DNA of 63,981 bases, counting the filler, from Saprolegnia diclina VS20 (Eukaryota), in assembly GCF_000281045.1 (NCBI RefSeq). It is 6 parts of 3 records of this genome, joined end to end, with 100 filler letters (N's around TTAATTAATTAA, not from the genome) between each part and the next. Parts side by side here need not be neighbours in the genome. Positions count along the whole stretch, not along the records: positions 25,462 to 54,451 come from NW_008246137.1; 5 more parts are not named here. The stretch is one strand, 5' to 3'. Of the stretch, positions 43,136 through 54,284 are shown piece after piece. The position numbers and the translations under genes are program-made. The notes under the pieces are model-generated. The model saw only the letters and a program-made list of their open reading frames with translations. It was not told the origin of the DNA and made no database searches. Every line of letters begins with the position of its first letter. The stretch's first letter is position 1.

Positions 43136-44460
43136 TACAAAGACTGATGTCCTATCCTTTAATTAATCTAGTAGTTGCTATAGTTTGATGGAGTAATACG
43201 TTGACCAGACGTTCATCGTGACGGACAAAAGTCCATGCTGTGTCAGGTATTTTGAATGCGTTTTAGCTCGTCGGAACGTTCGTAGTTCGTAGATTGAGGG
43301 ATATTGCTGTATGTAGAGACAAATTCGACAATGTCAAACGAGGAAGAACGGCCAGAAGACGTGAGTAAGGGGTAAACATGGCACGCCAGACCACCGGAGT
43401 AAATTTGTATCCCTTGCCCAGACGAACGCAGTTATCGTGTCACTTCAGGACGCTACACCGCCCTCGCGTGTACATACACATAGCACGCAAAAGGCAGACT
43501 TGGAGTTTGACCGCATCAACACCGTTAGGCGAACGAGGTCGACTCCACGCCAGGATTTGACCAAAAACGTCGTCAATTCAGCGTATCGGACAGAGCGAGG
43601 TCCATGTCGAAGTGATGCGCAAGTGGTTTATGCGCCGTCAATAGACGTTAACACTAAGCATCGAAAGACCCATTCGGCTCGGGTTTTTGTTGACTTGGTC
43701 AAAGCTGCTGTCGTCGCCGGACCCGTTCGATGGTTCTTTCATAGTATCGGCACGATCGAGCTCGATATCTCGACTGCAGTCGCAAGTCATACAAGCCCCA
43801 GAATTTGGCGATTGCAGATTGCAGCTCGAGTCGAGCTCGAGGGTTGCGCCGCTTGGTTTCGTTGCGGCCACTGCGGTAGTACTTCCCACAGAGGACCGCG
43901 TTCGTCGAGTCTCAGTCGTGACGGGGCGTGGTCGACATTTTATTTCGCGTCCTTCGACCAATTCGACGCCACATATTTCTGAGTCGATGGATCTGAGGGC
44001 ACTTCACAGTCGACTCGGTCTCGTTTGATTTGCGTTGTATAGTCGGCCGCTGCCGTTTGATTCTAAAATTCCGACTGGAGACGCTGAGGTGGACACGTGA
44101 CACCACCGTGGACGGCCCCATGAATCTGAGTTGCCGTGCGCTGACGTCGGTCCAAGCCTCGGTACCACGTTTCTCTTGTTCGCACTTCCTAAAGTTGACG
44201 CACTTGGACACTTGTGTTTTTGAGCTGACCGCGCGCTACTCACGCGCGATTACTACAGATTCCATCGCGGTCCAAAGCTCTCTGCTGTCTACCTTGGAAG
44301 GCGCAAGCATCGCTCGATCTGCTTATCCTCTCCTTCCCCATACGTGTCTTCTGCTATACTTGAGATACTTGAGCTCTAAACTATAGCGTACCTCCATGTC
44401 TTTCATCCCTCGTTCAACTCGTATCCTGCTCGTTCAGCACCATAAATAAAATTTGAGCGT

Positions 44461-44937
44461 TTAAATAGAGTGCAGACCATGCACTTGGATGGACGCGAGC
44501 TCGCGAAGCAGGTGGTCTCTCGTCGCCGTCGCTTCGGGGCTCTGCCACAACGGCTTCGTCTCCTCGACGGGCTCGATTAGCAGCTCAGTGATCTCGTCCC
44601 AAAAGTCCAACGAATACTTTGGCGGCGCCAACGGATACTGGTTGTCTTGCGTCTCTACGTGGTAGTGCGGGTGGGCAACCTCTGGCGGACGGCGCACTTG
44701 GAGAAGCTGGGTTGCTGGCGGCGCTACCTTGCGGTACACGTGCATTTTGGACCGCACGTAGACGCCACTCGAGATAGTACTGGTGTTGGCGCGGGCCATC
44801 GTTTTGCAAAATGACATGTGGGGAAACATGGGCGCGCGACATGTGACAGGGCGCTTGAAGTTCAAAGTGAACCTTTTCAACTTCAAGGTGCCAGTTTCGT
44901 TTGGCGTTTCTTGGATCTTTGCCTTGTGGTCATCCAC
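44461..44937 (-). CDS. Hypothetical protein, probably the last exon of a multi-exon gene
   Basis: 158-codon open frame with coding-like codon usage, ending before an AT-rich 3' region; upstream exons (to ~46370) could not be resolved. Confidence 0.4.
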   Translation of the reverse strand: MDDHKAKIQETPNETGTLKLKRFTLNFKRPVTCRAPMFPHMSFCKTMARANTSTISSGVYVRSKMHVYRKVAPPATQLLQVRRPPEVAHPHYHVETQDNQYPLAPPKYSLDFWDEITELLIEPVEETKPLWQSPEATATRDHLLRELASIQVHGLHSI

Positions 44938-46670
44938 AGCGTACGTGGTTCTGCTGCGTCAAAACACACGCCCGATTGCTCGTTGGTCCCACGATGGACG
45001 AACCCATGTACGTGTCACCGAATATAGCCCTCGCTTGCATTTTGTTACGAAGGACTAGACACTCAATTTTTCCTACGTACAATATGTGGCAAGCCTCGAG
45101 AGCGCGAGAGCACGACAGGCTTCGAACGCGACAGACACGCCGCGTCGTCAGCCTCCACGAAAGGTGGTTGGAATCCAGTCGACCATTCCATCTTGGCGCC
45201 TTAGCGTCATGGTCCCACGGTGGCGGTTTCAACTGGCAGTTTCGTGTCTTAGAGGTGGATCATACCAGGCGGTGCGAAACGCTCAAGCACGAAGTGGCGG
45301 CACTGTGGCTGCAACGTTCGCAATGCAAGCATTGCATCACTTCCATCAACAAGTCACATTCCAAGCGATCGGTGGTGTGTGGGCCTCGCCGACGACGCAT
45401 GAGTGCGCGAGCCTTCGATTGCATGCAACGGCTGCGTTCAAAGGCTCTTTGCTTGCTGCAAAACAGGGTCTTGAAGCCAGAGACGGTGTCTTTCTGTATA
45501 TCGAAAGAGAAATAGCGGCCCGGGTGCATCATCGTGCTGGTTTATTCCTTGACACTGCAGTTGGGGCTTGAAGAGACAGAGGAAGACTACGTCAACACGA
45601 CGTCTCGGGACACCACGCACATGATGTCTCCACCGCTGATTGGCTAAAAGACAATAGCAGATCGCCAAATGCAACATGACGCGGCAGGAGGCGGCAGGGA
45701 CCAAGGGGGCGCGGAAAGGGGGGCGCATCAACTTGGTGAGAAGCAGAACATTCGTCGTTCGATGCTAGCAAGTTGCAGTAGCTCTTTCAAATAGCTTCTT
45801 CAAGCGTCGTTTCAATGATAAAACGCACATGCGTCTCCTTTCCGTTCTTCAAGTGCTCCTCAGTGCGCCTCAAACAACGCTCTTACTTAGAGTATACGTG
45901 TGCTGTTGGTCGATTTCATGAGGTCTAAAGCTACTGCAACGTTCGTAAGTCCCCAACTTCAAGAAGCAACGCATTTTCTTCTGCACAAACCTGAAGCAGC
46001 GCTGCGGATGCGTCAACGGCACGTGCAGTCGCCCGACTTCCTCCCGATTCGTAAGCTGCACGCCTCCATAGCCTTTATTGACGAAAGCCCTTTACACTGC
46101 TTTAAAGAAGTGCACCCCATCAAACATCTATGGTGGAGACGGCACTGCAGCATGATAAGCCGACGCCGTTCGGCTTGAGTAGCACCATGACGGGCTACTG
46201 CTCTTTCAACGTGCAAGTGCCAGCGGAAATGAATTGGACTTTGAGCATCATCGTACACAAGACATGCCGACCGTGTACATGCCAAAAGCACAGTCCTTTT
46301 CACCCACGGGCAAGCTGGATCATGCCAGAATGAGGATGTCACCGCCGCGGTGATATGGACTGACGGTTTCATATGAAATACTATATAAATACATACCTCT
46401 AAGAATACATAATTAGCAACAACGTATTACATGCTTTTGAGAGACCGCGTAGCCGCCTCTTTCCATCAAAACTGCGCTAAACTAAAATGCGCGTGTCTCG
46501 TAGACCTCTTTTGTCACTTGTACAAGACACGATGCCACAGAACACATGGACTAGACATTCATTTCATTCCAATAGTCTACAAGCTTCTTAGTCTACAGGG
46601 TGCTCATGTACACACATACAAGTGTCGCCTTCGATCGGCAACACATCGCATCGACGCGCATCGCTACCTA

Positions 46671-47888
46671 CTATCGGCAGCACACGTCCAGTTGTCGCAG
46701 CGAGGCGCGGTAGGCCTCGACTTGCCCGCCGAGCAGCGGCAAGTCCGTGGTGACGTCATCCAGGGCCGCGACCACGGCTGCGACGAGCCTATCCAGGTCC
46801 ACGGCGGGTGTTGCCTCGCACGCTTCCAGAGCACAAACCACATTCGCGAGGCGCTTGGCCACAGCCGGGTCGCGCGCCATTGCTTTGCACTGCGTAAGGA
46901 AGCCAGCGAGGCTCGTCGTCGGCGGCGACGACATTTGCAGCCACGGGTGTAGCTTGAGCGCATCGATCGTCGGCCGCAACGACGGGTTGGGCTCCAATAT
47001 CGTATTCAAAAAGTCAACAGCGCGGGGCGACAGCACCGCGTCCGGAGGCAGCACAACTCGAGTGGACGACGCATCAAAGACCGGCATGCAGCCCGTAAGG
47101 AGGTTGTAGGCGACGACCCCGACGCTCCAGACGTCGATGCTGTGGCCGTAGACAGCACCCGCCTCCATCTCGGGGGCCATGTACCCCGACGAGCCGCAGC
47201 GCCGCGTGAGGCCATGCCGGCCCGACGTAGCAAAGCCAAAGTCGCCAAGCTTCAAGACGGCGCGCGTCGGGTCGGCGTCGGTCAAGAGAATGTTGTCGGG
47301 CTTGATGTCGCGGTGCACAATATCGCAATCGTGGCACGCGGCGACTGCATCCACAAGCTGGTCGAGCAGCGATCGCACCACCGGCTCGGCCAGTCGACCT
47401 TGGTTGCACAAGAGGTCGGCGAGCGTGCCGCCGGGCACGAGCTCGAGCACGACGTCCATCTCGTCATCGTGATCGGTCGTGTAGTGATCGAGAATTTGGA
47501 CAATGTGCTTTTGGCCGCGCAGCGCGCGCAAGGCGGCGACCTCGGACCGGAGATCCTTGCGCTGGTACGCTTGGTTGATCATCGGCACGTGATGGAAGCG
47601 CTTGACAGCGACGCTTTTGCGACTGAATTTGTGGGTCCCAAGGTAGAGGTCGCTCGAGCTGCCGTGGCCGAGGCGACGGGATTTGTCGAGCGTATAAATG
47701 TCACAAAGTGGCGGCCAACGAAAGGTGTCCAAAAGGACTGGGGGCGGCGGGGTTCGAAGCGGCCCGAGCTGTAGCGCGAGCCACGGAGGCAGCGCGGCGA
47801 ACGACGCCACTGCCGTCGAGGAGTAGCGGGGGAAGAGTCGAAGGAGCGTCGTTGTGCTGTCAAGTCGTAGAGTGGCCACGCATGACAC
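46671..47888 (-). CDS. Ser/Thr protein kinase, CAMK-like; true start unresolved
   Basis: LGHGSSSDL, VAVK, HRDIKPDN, DFG, CGSSGYMAPE, DVWSVG, LKLHPW. There is no in-frame ATG before the kinase domain, so an upstream exon is likely. Confidence 0.85.
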   Translation of the reverse strand: MSCVATLRLDSTTTLLRLFPRYSSTAVASFAALPPWLALQLGPLRTPPPPVLLDTFRWPPLCDIYTLDKSRRLGHGSSSDLYLGTHKFSRKSVAVKRFHHVPMINQAYQRKDLRSEVAALRALRGQKHIVQILDHYTTDHDDEMDVVLELVPGGTLADLLCNQGRLAEPVVRSLLDQLVDAVAACHDCDIVHRDIKPDNILLTDADPTRAVLKLGDFGFATSGRHGLTRRCGSSGYMAPEMEAGAVYGHSIDVWSVGVVAYNLLTGCMPVFDASSTRVVLPPDAVLSPRAVDFLNTILEPNPSLRPTIDALKLHPWLQMSSPPTTSLAGFLTQCKAMARDPAVAKRLANVVCALEACEATPAVDLDRLVAAVVAALDDVTTDLPLLGGQVEAYRASLRQLDVCCR

Positions 47889-48101
47889 GACTTGGATTGT
47901 GAAAACAATTGGCCGGTGGATCGTGTTGGGTGCGGCGCCCGATCAGACATCGCACGTCTGCGGTGCAGCATACAAACTCGAATATGTTCGAGCGTCCACC
48001 GCGTTTGTTTTTGGCTGCGCTTCAACGCCACGCAACTTCGCGCCGCGTGGAGAAGACGCATGCAACTGCAACCGTCGTTCGCGGGCGCCCAGCTGGCTCT
48101 A

Positions 48102-48161
48102 AAGAACACAGCGCCGAGCAAATGACCAAGAACACAGCGCCGAGCAAATGACCAAGAACAC
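48102..48161. repeat. 26-bp tandem repeat x2.3
   Basis: AAGAACACAGCGCCGAGCAAATGACC repeated. Confidence 0.9.
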
Positions 48162-48863
48162 GACCGGTATTTGATGCCCAAAAGCAGATTGGTGCTCGAG
48201 TCTTCAACATGGGAGTGGGAGCAATGTCCATCGGGACAAGAGAAACGTCCTTGCCTGAATCCAGCGGATTCACGATCGTCTTGGCCCAGAAACGCTTTGT
48301 CCTCAGCCGTGTAGGCCGTGTACTAGGCTGACAAAGGCTCTACATGCAACGAAGATTGCCCGTCTTTGACCACACCAACAACGGGAAATGGTAGATAGAT
48401 CCCGCCGCCTGTTTGGAGCCAGGATACTGCAGGAAGTAGCTCGAAAAGGCGTCGCTCCACGAGGCAGCAGTTGCTTACCGCACTTTTCGCGTGTGTCCAA
48501 GCGCATATATATAGGATCATGCACTGGTTGATAGCATACAACCAAGCAAACGACACTGACGTACCCGACGGGAGTAAAGACTCGCACGACGGGGGCTCAT
48601 GCAGGTACACTACCGGTAGCTGTCGTGGCGGACAGCTGTATACCGTTCGATGCATGCATACCAAGGATCGATAGACAGTGTTTAGGTCCTTGCCCAAACA
48701 TGCATGGCCGCGTTTATTTACGTAGTACAACATGAAGCGTGTGGCCTCGGCAGGGCTGGAACTTCAACACACGATGATGTCGAGTCACTCGTTTTGGGAC
48801 AAACCGGGTTTTTCCCCATTTATATCACGCCAAGTAAGTCGATCACCGGATACGTAGCAATGG

Positions 48864-51800
48864 ATGGGACAAACTGGGGCAAACGCAATGAGGTTGCCCT
48901 TTCTAAAGGCGTTACGTTACGAAACTGCTACGGGGTTGTGCCCACTTGTCAACCCGATGATCAACGCAGTGGCACCGACCGTCAGCGCATTGCCCAAAGG
49001 TCTCGTTGCCGAGAAGCGCTCTGGGCGCCAGGTCCTCGTCGCCCTCGTCGGTCTCTGCTGGATCTGGCTCGGCCTCGCAGGAAGCGTTTGGTACATGTGG
49101 CTCTTGACGCCGAGTTTTCGCAACGACCTTTGGTGGCCATACTTTAACGCGACCGGCTACCAAGTGCTGCTGATTGACGTCATCAATGACTTGCTCTCGA
49201 CAACAACCGACCTTCCCGCCCTCGTCGACGTGGCGTCCGTGGCCATCCACCGCGACTACACCGGCGCGGTGCTCACGCCGTTGGCGCACCCGGCGTACGC
49301 CATGCGGCTGTCGACGCACGACCTGGCGTCCATTGCATATGTGATACCCAATCTGCGCAACGCGACGGCCACCGAAGCGCTTTGGCTGCCCACGCAATAC
49401 TGCTACGTGGACTTTGGCCGGCGCTGGGAGCTCGCCCACACAGAGGCGCGCCAGCGCCGATGCGCTGCGACCATGATCACGAATGGCGCTGTCTATTTCG
49501 AAGCCGTTTTGCGCAACCAAGACTGGAACGCGATTGCGCTGGCCGCCGGCACTGGGTTTGCACCCGCGATCGAGCGGGGGCTTCAAGCATCTGCCGACGG
49601 GCGGACCTGGATGGCAGCGACAGCAGCGGCCAACACGTCGGTGGTTGAAGAGATTGCATTTTGGTCGAGCTATGGTATCGTAAACTATGAGCTGCAGTGG
49701 CAGACGTACTACCTCCCGGGCCTTGACCAACTGCTTGTGATTGAGAACGCGCTGAGTATCGAGCAGTCGGTGACACTCAAGTCGTCGACCAAGCGCAGAG
49801 GCCCGTGGACGACCATGAACCTCAACTTTTTCTTCATCAACGACATCTACACGGTCGGCACCTCGTGCAACATGAGTCTCATTCGCAACACGACCATGTA
49901 CTTTACGAGCGACTACTGCTTCTCGTACATGACGACGGACCTCGAAGGCGCGCTCTTCTTATCCGACGACTATGGTAACTTTGTCGCCCAAACCGGCCTC
50001 AGCCATACGTTCCTTGGCCCGTTCCTCGCGGTCGACATGTGGGTGCTGCCGCCGCCTCCTGTACTCATTGCGCTCGTCGCCGCCGTCACGTCAGCGCTCC
50101 ACAACGCGCTCCAAACCAACGCACAGTTTGCGGTTGGGTTTCAGAACCTCCGCGCCATGAGCTTGCAGCCGCTGCCACTGCCGTGGCTAAGCGATGCTTT
50201 GGGCAACGACTACCTCTACTATGGTGGCAACCCCTTGTGCCTTGGCGGCTTGGCGCGAGACTATATACAAGCGCCGTTCACGGCCGACGCGACGTGCGAG
50301 CTCCAGCAACCGCTCACGATCAACATTGCCCCCGAAGCGCTGCTCTTCGGTCTCCTCGCCTCTCAGGACGGTATCCATAGCACGGCCAGTAGCAACACCA
50401 CCGACGGCAGCAACAGCAACAACACTTCGAGCATTAGCAGTACCGTCTGTGACCTTCAAGGCGTCACAAGTTGCGCCAGCGACATGGACATTGCGATAGC
50501 ACTTTTGGAGCGGTACCCGGTCTCTGGCTCCTGGTCGCAGCTCGTCACCAACACATCGGCTGCTGTCGCCGCGCTCAACGTGAGCCTCATGCAGTACGCT
50601 TCTGACGTTGACGGTGTCGAGTATGCACTCTTGTGGCTGCCAATTCTCGAGCCGTCGTGGCGCTTTTACGGTCACGCGATGCTCTTTGACTGGGTCAGTG
50701 GCGTTCGCGAGGTCGTTGCGTTTGAAGGCGATGCGGCCACCTTGGTACTCATGTCCGACATGTACGACGCGGGCTCGACCGAGCCGAGTACGGCCACGCT
50801 GAGCCGAGCGACCAAGGCGATCTACATCTTGCTTGTCTACTCGTCGGTGCTCCTTGGTCTTCTCGTTCTCGCCACGACCATGTATGCGTGCATGGCCAAA
50901 CTGCGCTTCCTCGGACTCAACTTGACGTACTTTCACCGAGTCGCGGGCTCGACGTGGCTCGGGCGTCCGCTTTTGTTTCTTCGCGGCGCCTCGGCGCTCA
51001 TCCTTCTGGGTACGGCCCCGATCGGTGTCTCGTCTGTGCATGGCGCGGCTGCTTTGCACCTGCCGTCGCGCTCACCCTTTGAGAGCATGCTCCTGGCGTG
51101 GGAAGCCCTTTGGATCACCTATGTGCTGCAAGAGCTCCTCCTTCCGTTCAACGCTAAGGGCATTCATAGCGCCGGCTATGTGAGCTCGGGTGTCATCTGG
51201 GTTGCGTACGTGGCCTTGGACAGTGTGTCGCCACTCTATGTAGAGACAGCCCTCAAACACGACTGTGTTGGTCTCGCCTACAGTCTCTCGTGCAATAGCG
51301 TCCATATCAAGCTCGGCAGCGTTGCCCGCGTGCTCTGGCTCTTTTTTCTCCAAGGCCTTGTCGTGCCAATCGCGGTGGTGGCGGCTGCCTATGGGCACCG
51401 GCGCAAGCTTCTGCGACGGTCGTCGCGCGGCGTGCACGGCCTCATGCTCTCTGGTGCCGGCTTTGCGTTTCTCGCAACCCCCGACGAGAATGACGCGCCG
51501 TTCGACGCGATCGCCGGTCTCTTCTCGGGGCTGCTCCGGCTCACGTACAAGCGTCGGCAGTATACCTTTGATATCAAGCTCTGGACGATTGTTCGCGGCC
51601 AGAAACAGCGCGTGCGCAGTCCCTCCAAGCTCGACGGCCCGAGTACGTCGACGATCCCGGATTTGTCACCGATTCTACCCCGGCCACGGTGGCTCGGGTG
51701 GGTCTATAGCCTCGGTGGCATGACGTACATTGGTATAGCGATCGCGGGGAGTCTGAGCTACCTCCGGCTCACCGAGTCGACGCTGACCAACGACCTGATC

Positions 51801-54284
51801 TGGGTCGGGTTTGACCTGCGGGGGGACCACCCGTTCTTGGCGACTTGGCTTTTAGAGGCCCTGGCACTCGGTGCGGAGAATACCACCCGACCACTCAGTG
51901 AGCTCAACGTCGCGGCGGCGTTCAACACATCATTAGCGTCGACGATCTCGTTTGCGGACCACGACGGTGCCATGCTGCACTACGCGGCGCTGACAGACGT
52001 GGCCGTCGCGATTCCGGCGCTGCGGTCGCTGCCAGCGATCGAGATACCGTGGGTCTTTACCGGCTACTGCTACGTCGACTTTAACCGGACGTTTGGGGTC
52101 GCGCACACGGCGGCGCGGCAGGCACGCTGTGCAACGTACGCCGCAAATGGTGCCGTGTACATGGAGTCGTTTTTGCGCAACGTTATTTGGTCCGACTGGG
52201 TCAACTACTGGGGCGAAGCCTTCGAGATCAGCATCACGACCTCACTCGTGTCGTCGGCCGCCGGCCTCGTCTTCTTGACCCGTCTAGGCGAGCCGTGGGC
52301 TGCGATTGACGACGAAATTGACTACTGGCGACGCCATAGCATCACATATTACGAACTTCAGTGGCAAAACTTCAAGACGATCGGTCTCATCAACGCCTAT
52401 ACGATCGCGAATGCCTACGGCGCCGCGTACCCTTTCACACTACAAGCTACCGCGGGCGCGACTCGCTTCATCCAGCAGACCTCGTACAAAATGTACTGGG
52501 GGCTTGCCAACGATCTCAACGGCGTTCTTGACAACGGCACCGACCTCGGGGGCAAGAGCCTTGTTCTCGACACCCCACTATCACTCAATGCGTCGTTGAC
52601 AAGCGTGTATCTGCAGACCGGACTCCTGGCCAGCCCGCTCTCAGCCGGTCTCTCGGCCATCCAGTCCTTTCTTGGCCCGTTCGGATCGATCGACATGCAG
52701 TATGTTCCTGTGCCCGTCGACCTCCGGCGCGCGGCGGGGGCCGCCATGGCCATCGTGCACAGCCTCCGACTAACGTATGGCGCGGCGTACGCAGCTCTGC
52801 CCCACCCTCTCTACCTCAATCCGGTGCCCTTTGCCTGGCTAAAGCCGACGTTTTATGTACTCGGCGGTTCGGTCCTCTGTGTGCCAGACACGTCGCCGCT
52901 CAACATCACTGGTGGGCTCCAGCCGCTCTTCTCGTTTGAGAGCTCGTGCAGTGCCAACACGGGTCGTACGATAGCGTCGATTCCGAGCCAAGACCACCTT
53001 CTCTTTGCTGCTGCGTATGCGACGATCACCAACATTTCGCACGTCTGTCTTCAGATGCGCACGCAAGCATATGCATGCGAGCCAATGCTCCGCAACACGC
53101 TGGCGTTTCTCTCACATGCCAACCTCTCGGTGCTGCAGACAGCGTGGGCGCCGCGGCTAACGCAGGCGCTGAGCCCGCTGCAGATCGAGCTGCTTCAAGT
53201 GGGCCGACCGAAAGCATCGGCGCCGATGCGCATCTACCATATGCCGCTCCTCGAGTCCCTCGACTTTGCGTTTTTTGCCAACGTGCTCCTCTACGACTGG
53301 GTGCTCGGGAACCGCGAAGTCGTTCGGTTCGTTGGCGACACCAGCGCGATCACGCTCATCGGCGATGGACTGCGGCCGCGCGTGCAAGCCACCGACGCCT
53401 CCCAGCTCCCAACGGTGTTTGCACTCTACTCGCACCGGTCGGTGCAATATGTCACGTACGTCATGATTGCACTTGCGGCGACGACGGCGCTGTACGCGGT
53501 CGTGAGCCGGGGGCACGTCGAGGGGCTCAACTTGCTCGAGCTCTCGCGCGTCGGCGGTATTGTGTGGGTCGGTCGGCCGTTTATTGCGCTTCGAAGCATC
53601 ACGGCACTCTGCCTCCTCTCGACGTCGCGCCTCGAGCTCGACTACGACGGACACAACAGCGCGTTCTTGAGCCAGAATGCGCCGTGGTACTCGGCGGGGA
53701 TCGCGGCCAACGAAGTCACGTGGCTTGTCGGTATTGTCAACGACATTTCGATCGTCTTTACCCAAGAGCTCACGATGCTCTACACGATCTACAACTCACT
53801 GCTCGTCTTGCTGCTGTCTGCGTGCATCACGATTCTACTTCCGATTGAACCCACCGTTGCGGTCGCCCGCGACTGTCAAATCGAGTCGCTCGACTGGCAA
53901 GTGGTCTGTACCAGTGGCCAAGTGGCCGTCGGCGACTGGCGACGCCTCCTCTTGCTCATCGGGACCGTCTTTGTCTGCAACGGCGCGTGTTATTGGCTCG
54001 TCAAACTCGGCTGCCGGCGACCGGCCACAGTCTACGCGCGACCGTCGCTGCTACTCAGTGGCGGTGCCCGGTACCTCTTTGAGCACGGTCCATGGATGCA
54101 CGAAGGCGTCTATTACATGGACCGCGCTTCGGCTGTCCTCAACGGTCTCCTCAGTGTGCGCTATCAGGGCGTGCTGTATCTATTCGACATCAAGACGTGG
54201 CGATTGCACCGAATGACGCCGCCGACGCATACGACTGCCGTACCCCCCCGGCTCGCACGGGGCATTCCTCTCCCCGACGCCTGA
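48864..54284 (+). CDS. 1806-aa multi-pass membrane protein with two tandem homologous halves, unknown function
   Basis: Uninterrupted ORF. Paired motifs in both halves: NDL.W..F, YCYVDF.R...AHT.ARQ.RC..NGAVY.E..LRN..W, YELQWQ, LGPF...DM, DWV.G.REVV.F.GD, GLNL..R..G..W.GRP, FDIK.W. Confidence 0.9.
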   Translation: MGQTGANAMRLPFLKALRYETATGLCPLVNPMINAVAPTVSALPKGLVAEKRSGRQVLVALVGLCWIWLGLAGSVWYMWLLTPSFRNDLWWPYFNATGYQVLLIDVINDLLSTTTDLPALVDVASVAIHRDYTGAVLTPLAHPAYAMRLSTHDLASIAYVIPNLRNATATEALWLPTQYCYVDFGRRWELAHTEARQRRCAATMITNGAVYFEAVLRNQDWNAIALAAGTGFAPAIERGLQASADGRTWMAATAAANTSVVEEIAFWSSYGIVNYELQWQTYYLPGLDQLLVIENALSIEQSVTLKSSTKRRGPWTTMNLNFFFINDIYTVGTSCNMSLIRNTTMYFTSDYCFSYMTTDLEGALFLSDDYGNFVAQTGLSHTFLGPFLAVDMWVLPPPPVLIALVAAVTSALHNALQTNAQFAVGFQNLRAMSLQPLPLPWLSDALGNDYLYYGGNPLCLGGLARDYIQAPFTADATCELQQPLTINIAPEALLFGLLASQDGIHSTASSNTTDGSNSNNTSSISSTVCDLQGVTSCASDMDIAIALLERYPVSGSWSQLVTNTSAAVAALNVSLMQYASDVDGVEYALLWLPILEPSWRFYGHAMLFDWVSGVREVVAFEGDAATLVLMSDMYDAGSTEPSTATLSRATKAIYILLVYSSVLLGLLVLATTMYACMAKLRFLGLNLTYFHRVAGSTWLGRPLLFLRGASALILLGTAPIGVSSVHGAAALHLPSRSPFESMLLAWEALWITYVLQELLLPFNAKGIHSAGYVSSGVIWVAYVALDSVSPLYVETALKHDCVGLAYSLSCNSVHIKLGSVARVLWLFFLQGLVVPIAVVAAAYGHRRKLLRRSSRGVHGLMLSGAGFAFLATPDENDAPFDAIAGLFSGLLRLTYKRRQYTFDIKLWTIVRGQKQRVRSPSKLDGPSTSTIPDLSPILPRPRWLGWVYSLGGMTYIGIAIAGSLSYLRLTESTLTNDLIWVGFDLRGDHPFLATWLLEALALGAENTTRPLSELNVAAAFNTSLASTISFADHDGAMLHYAALTDVAVAIPALRSLPAIEIPWVFTGYCYVDFNRTFGVAHTAARQARCATYAANGAVYMESFLRNVIWSDWVNYWGEAFEISITTSLVSSAAGLVFLTRLGEPWAAIDDEIDYWRRHSITYYELQWQNFKTIGLINAYTIANAYGAAYPFTLQATAGATRFIQQTSYKMYWGLANDLNGVLDNGTDLGGKSLVLDTPLSLNASLTSVYLQTGLLASPLSAGLSAIQSFLGPFGSIDMQYVPVPVDLRRAAGAAMAIVHSLRLTYGAAYAALPHPLYLNPVPFAWLKPTFYVLGGSVLCVPDTSPLNITGGLQPLFSFESSCSANTGRTIASIPSQDHLLFAAAYATITNISHVCLQMRTQAYACEPMLRNTLAFLSHANLSVLQTAWAPRLTQALSPLQIELLQVGRPKASAPMRIYHMPLLESLDFAFFANVLLYDWVLGNREVVRFVGDTSAITLIGDGLRPRVQATDASQLPTVFALYSHRSVQYVTYVMIALAATTALYAVVSRGHVEGLNLLELSRVGGIVWVGRPFIALRSITALCLLSTSRLELDYDGHNSAFLSQNAPWYSAGIAANEVTWLVGIVNDISIVFTQELTMLYTIYNSLLVLLLSACITILLPIEPTVAVARDCQIESLDWQVVCTSGQVAVGDWRRLLLLIGTVFVCNGACYWLVKLGCRRPATVYARPSLLLSGGARYLFEHGPWMHEGVYYMDRASAVLNGLLSVRYQGVLYLFDIKTWRLHRMTPPTHTTAVPPRLARGIPLPDA

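Noticed and set aside
44940..46372. Upstream exons of a possible cyclic-nucleotide-binding protein
   Set aside because: I could not build a consistent spliced frame; the resemblance is too weak to call.
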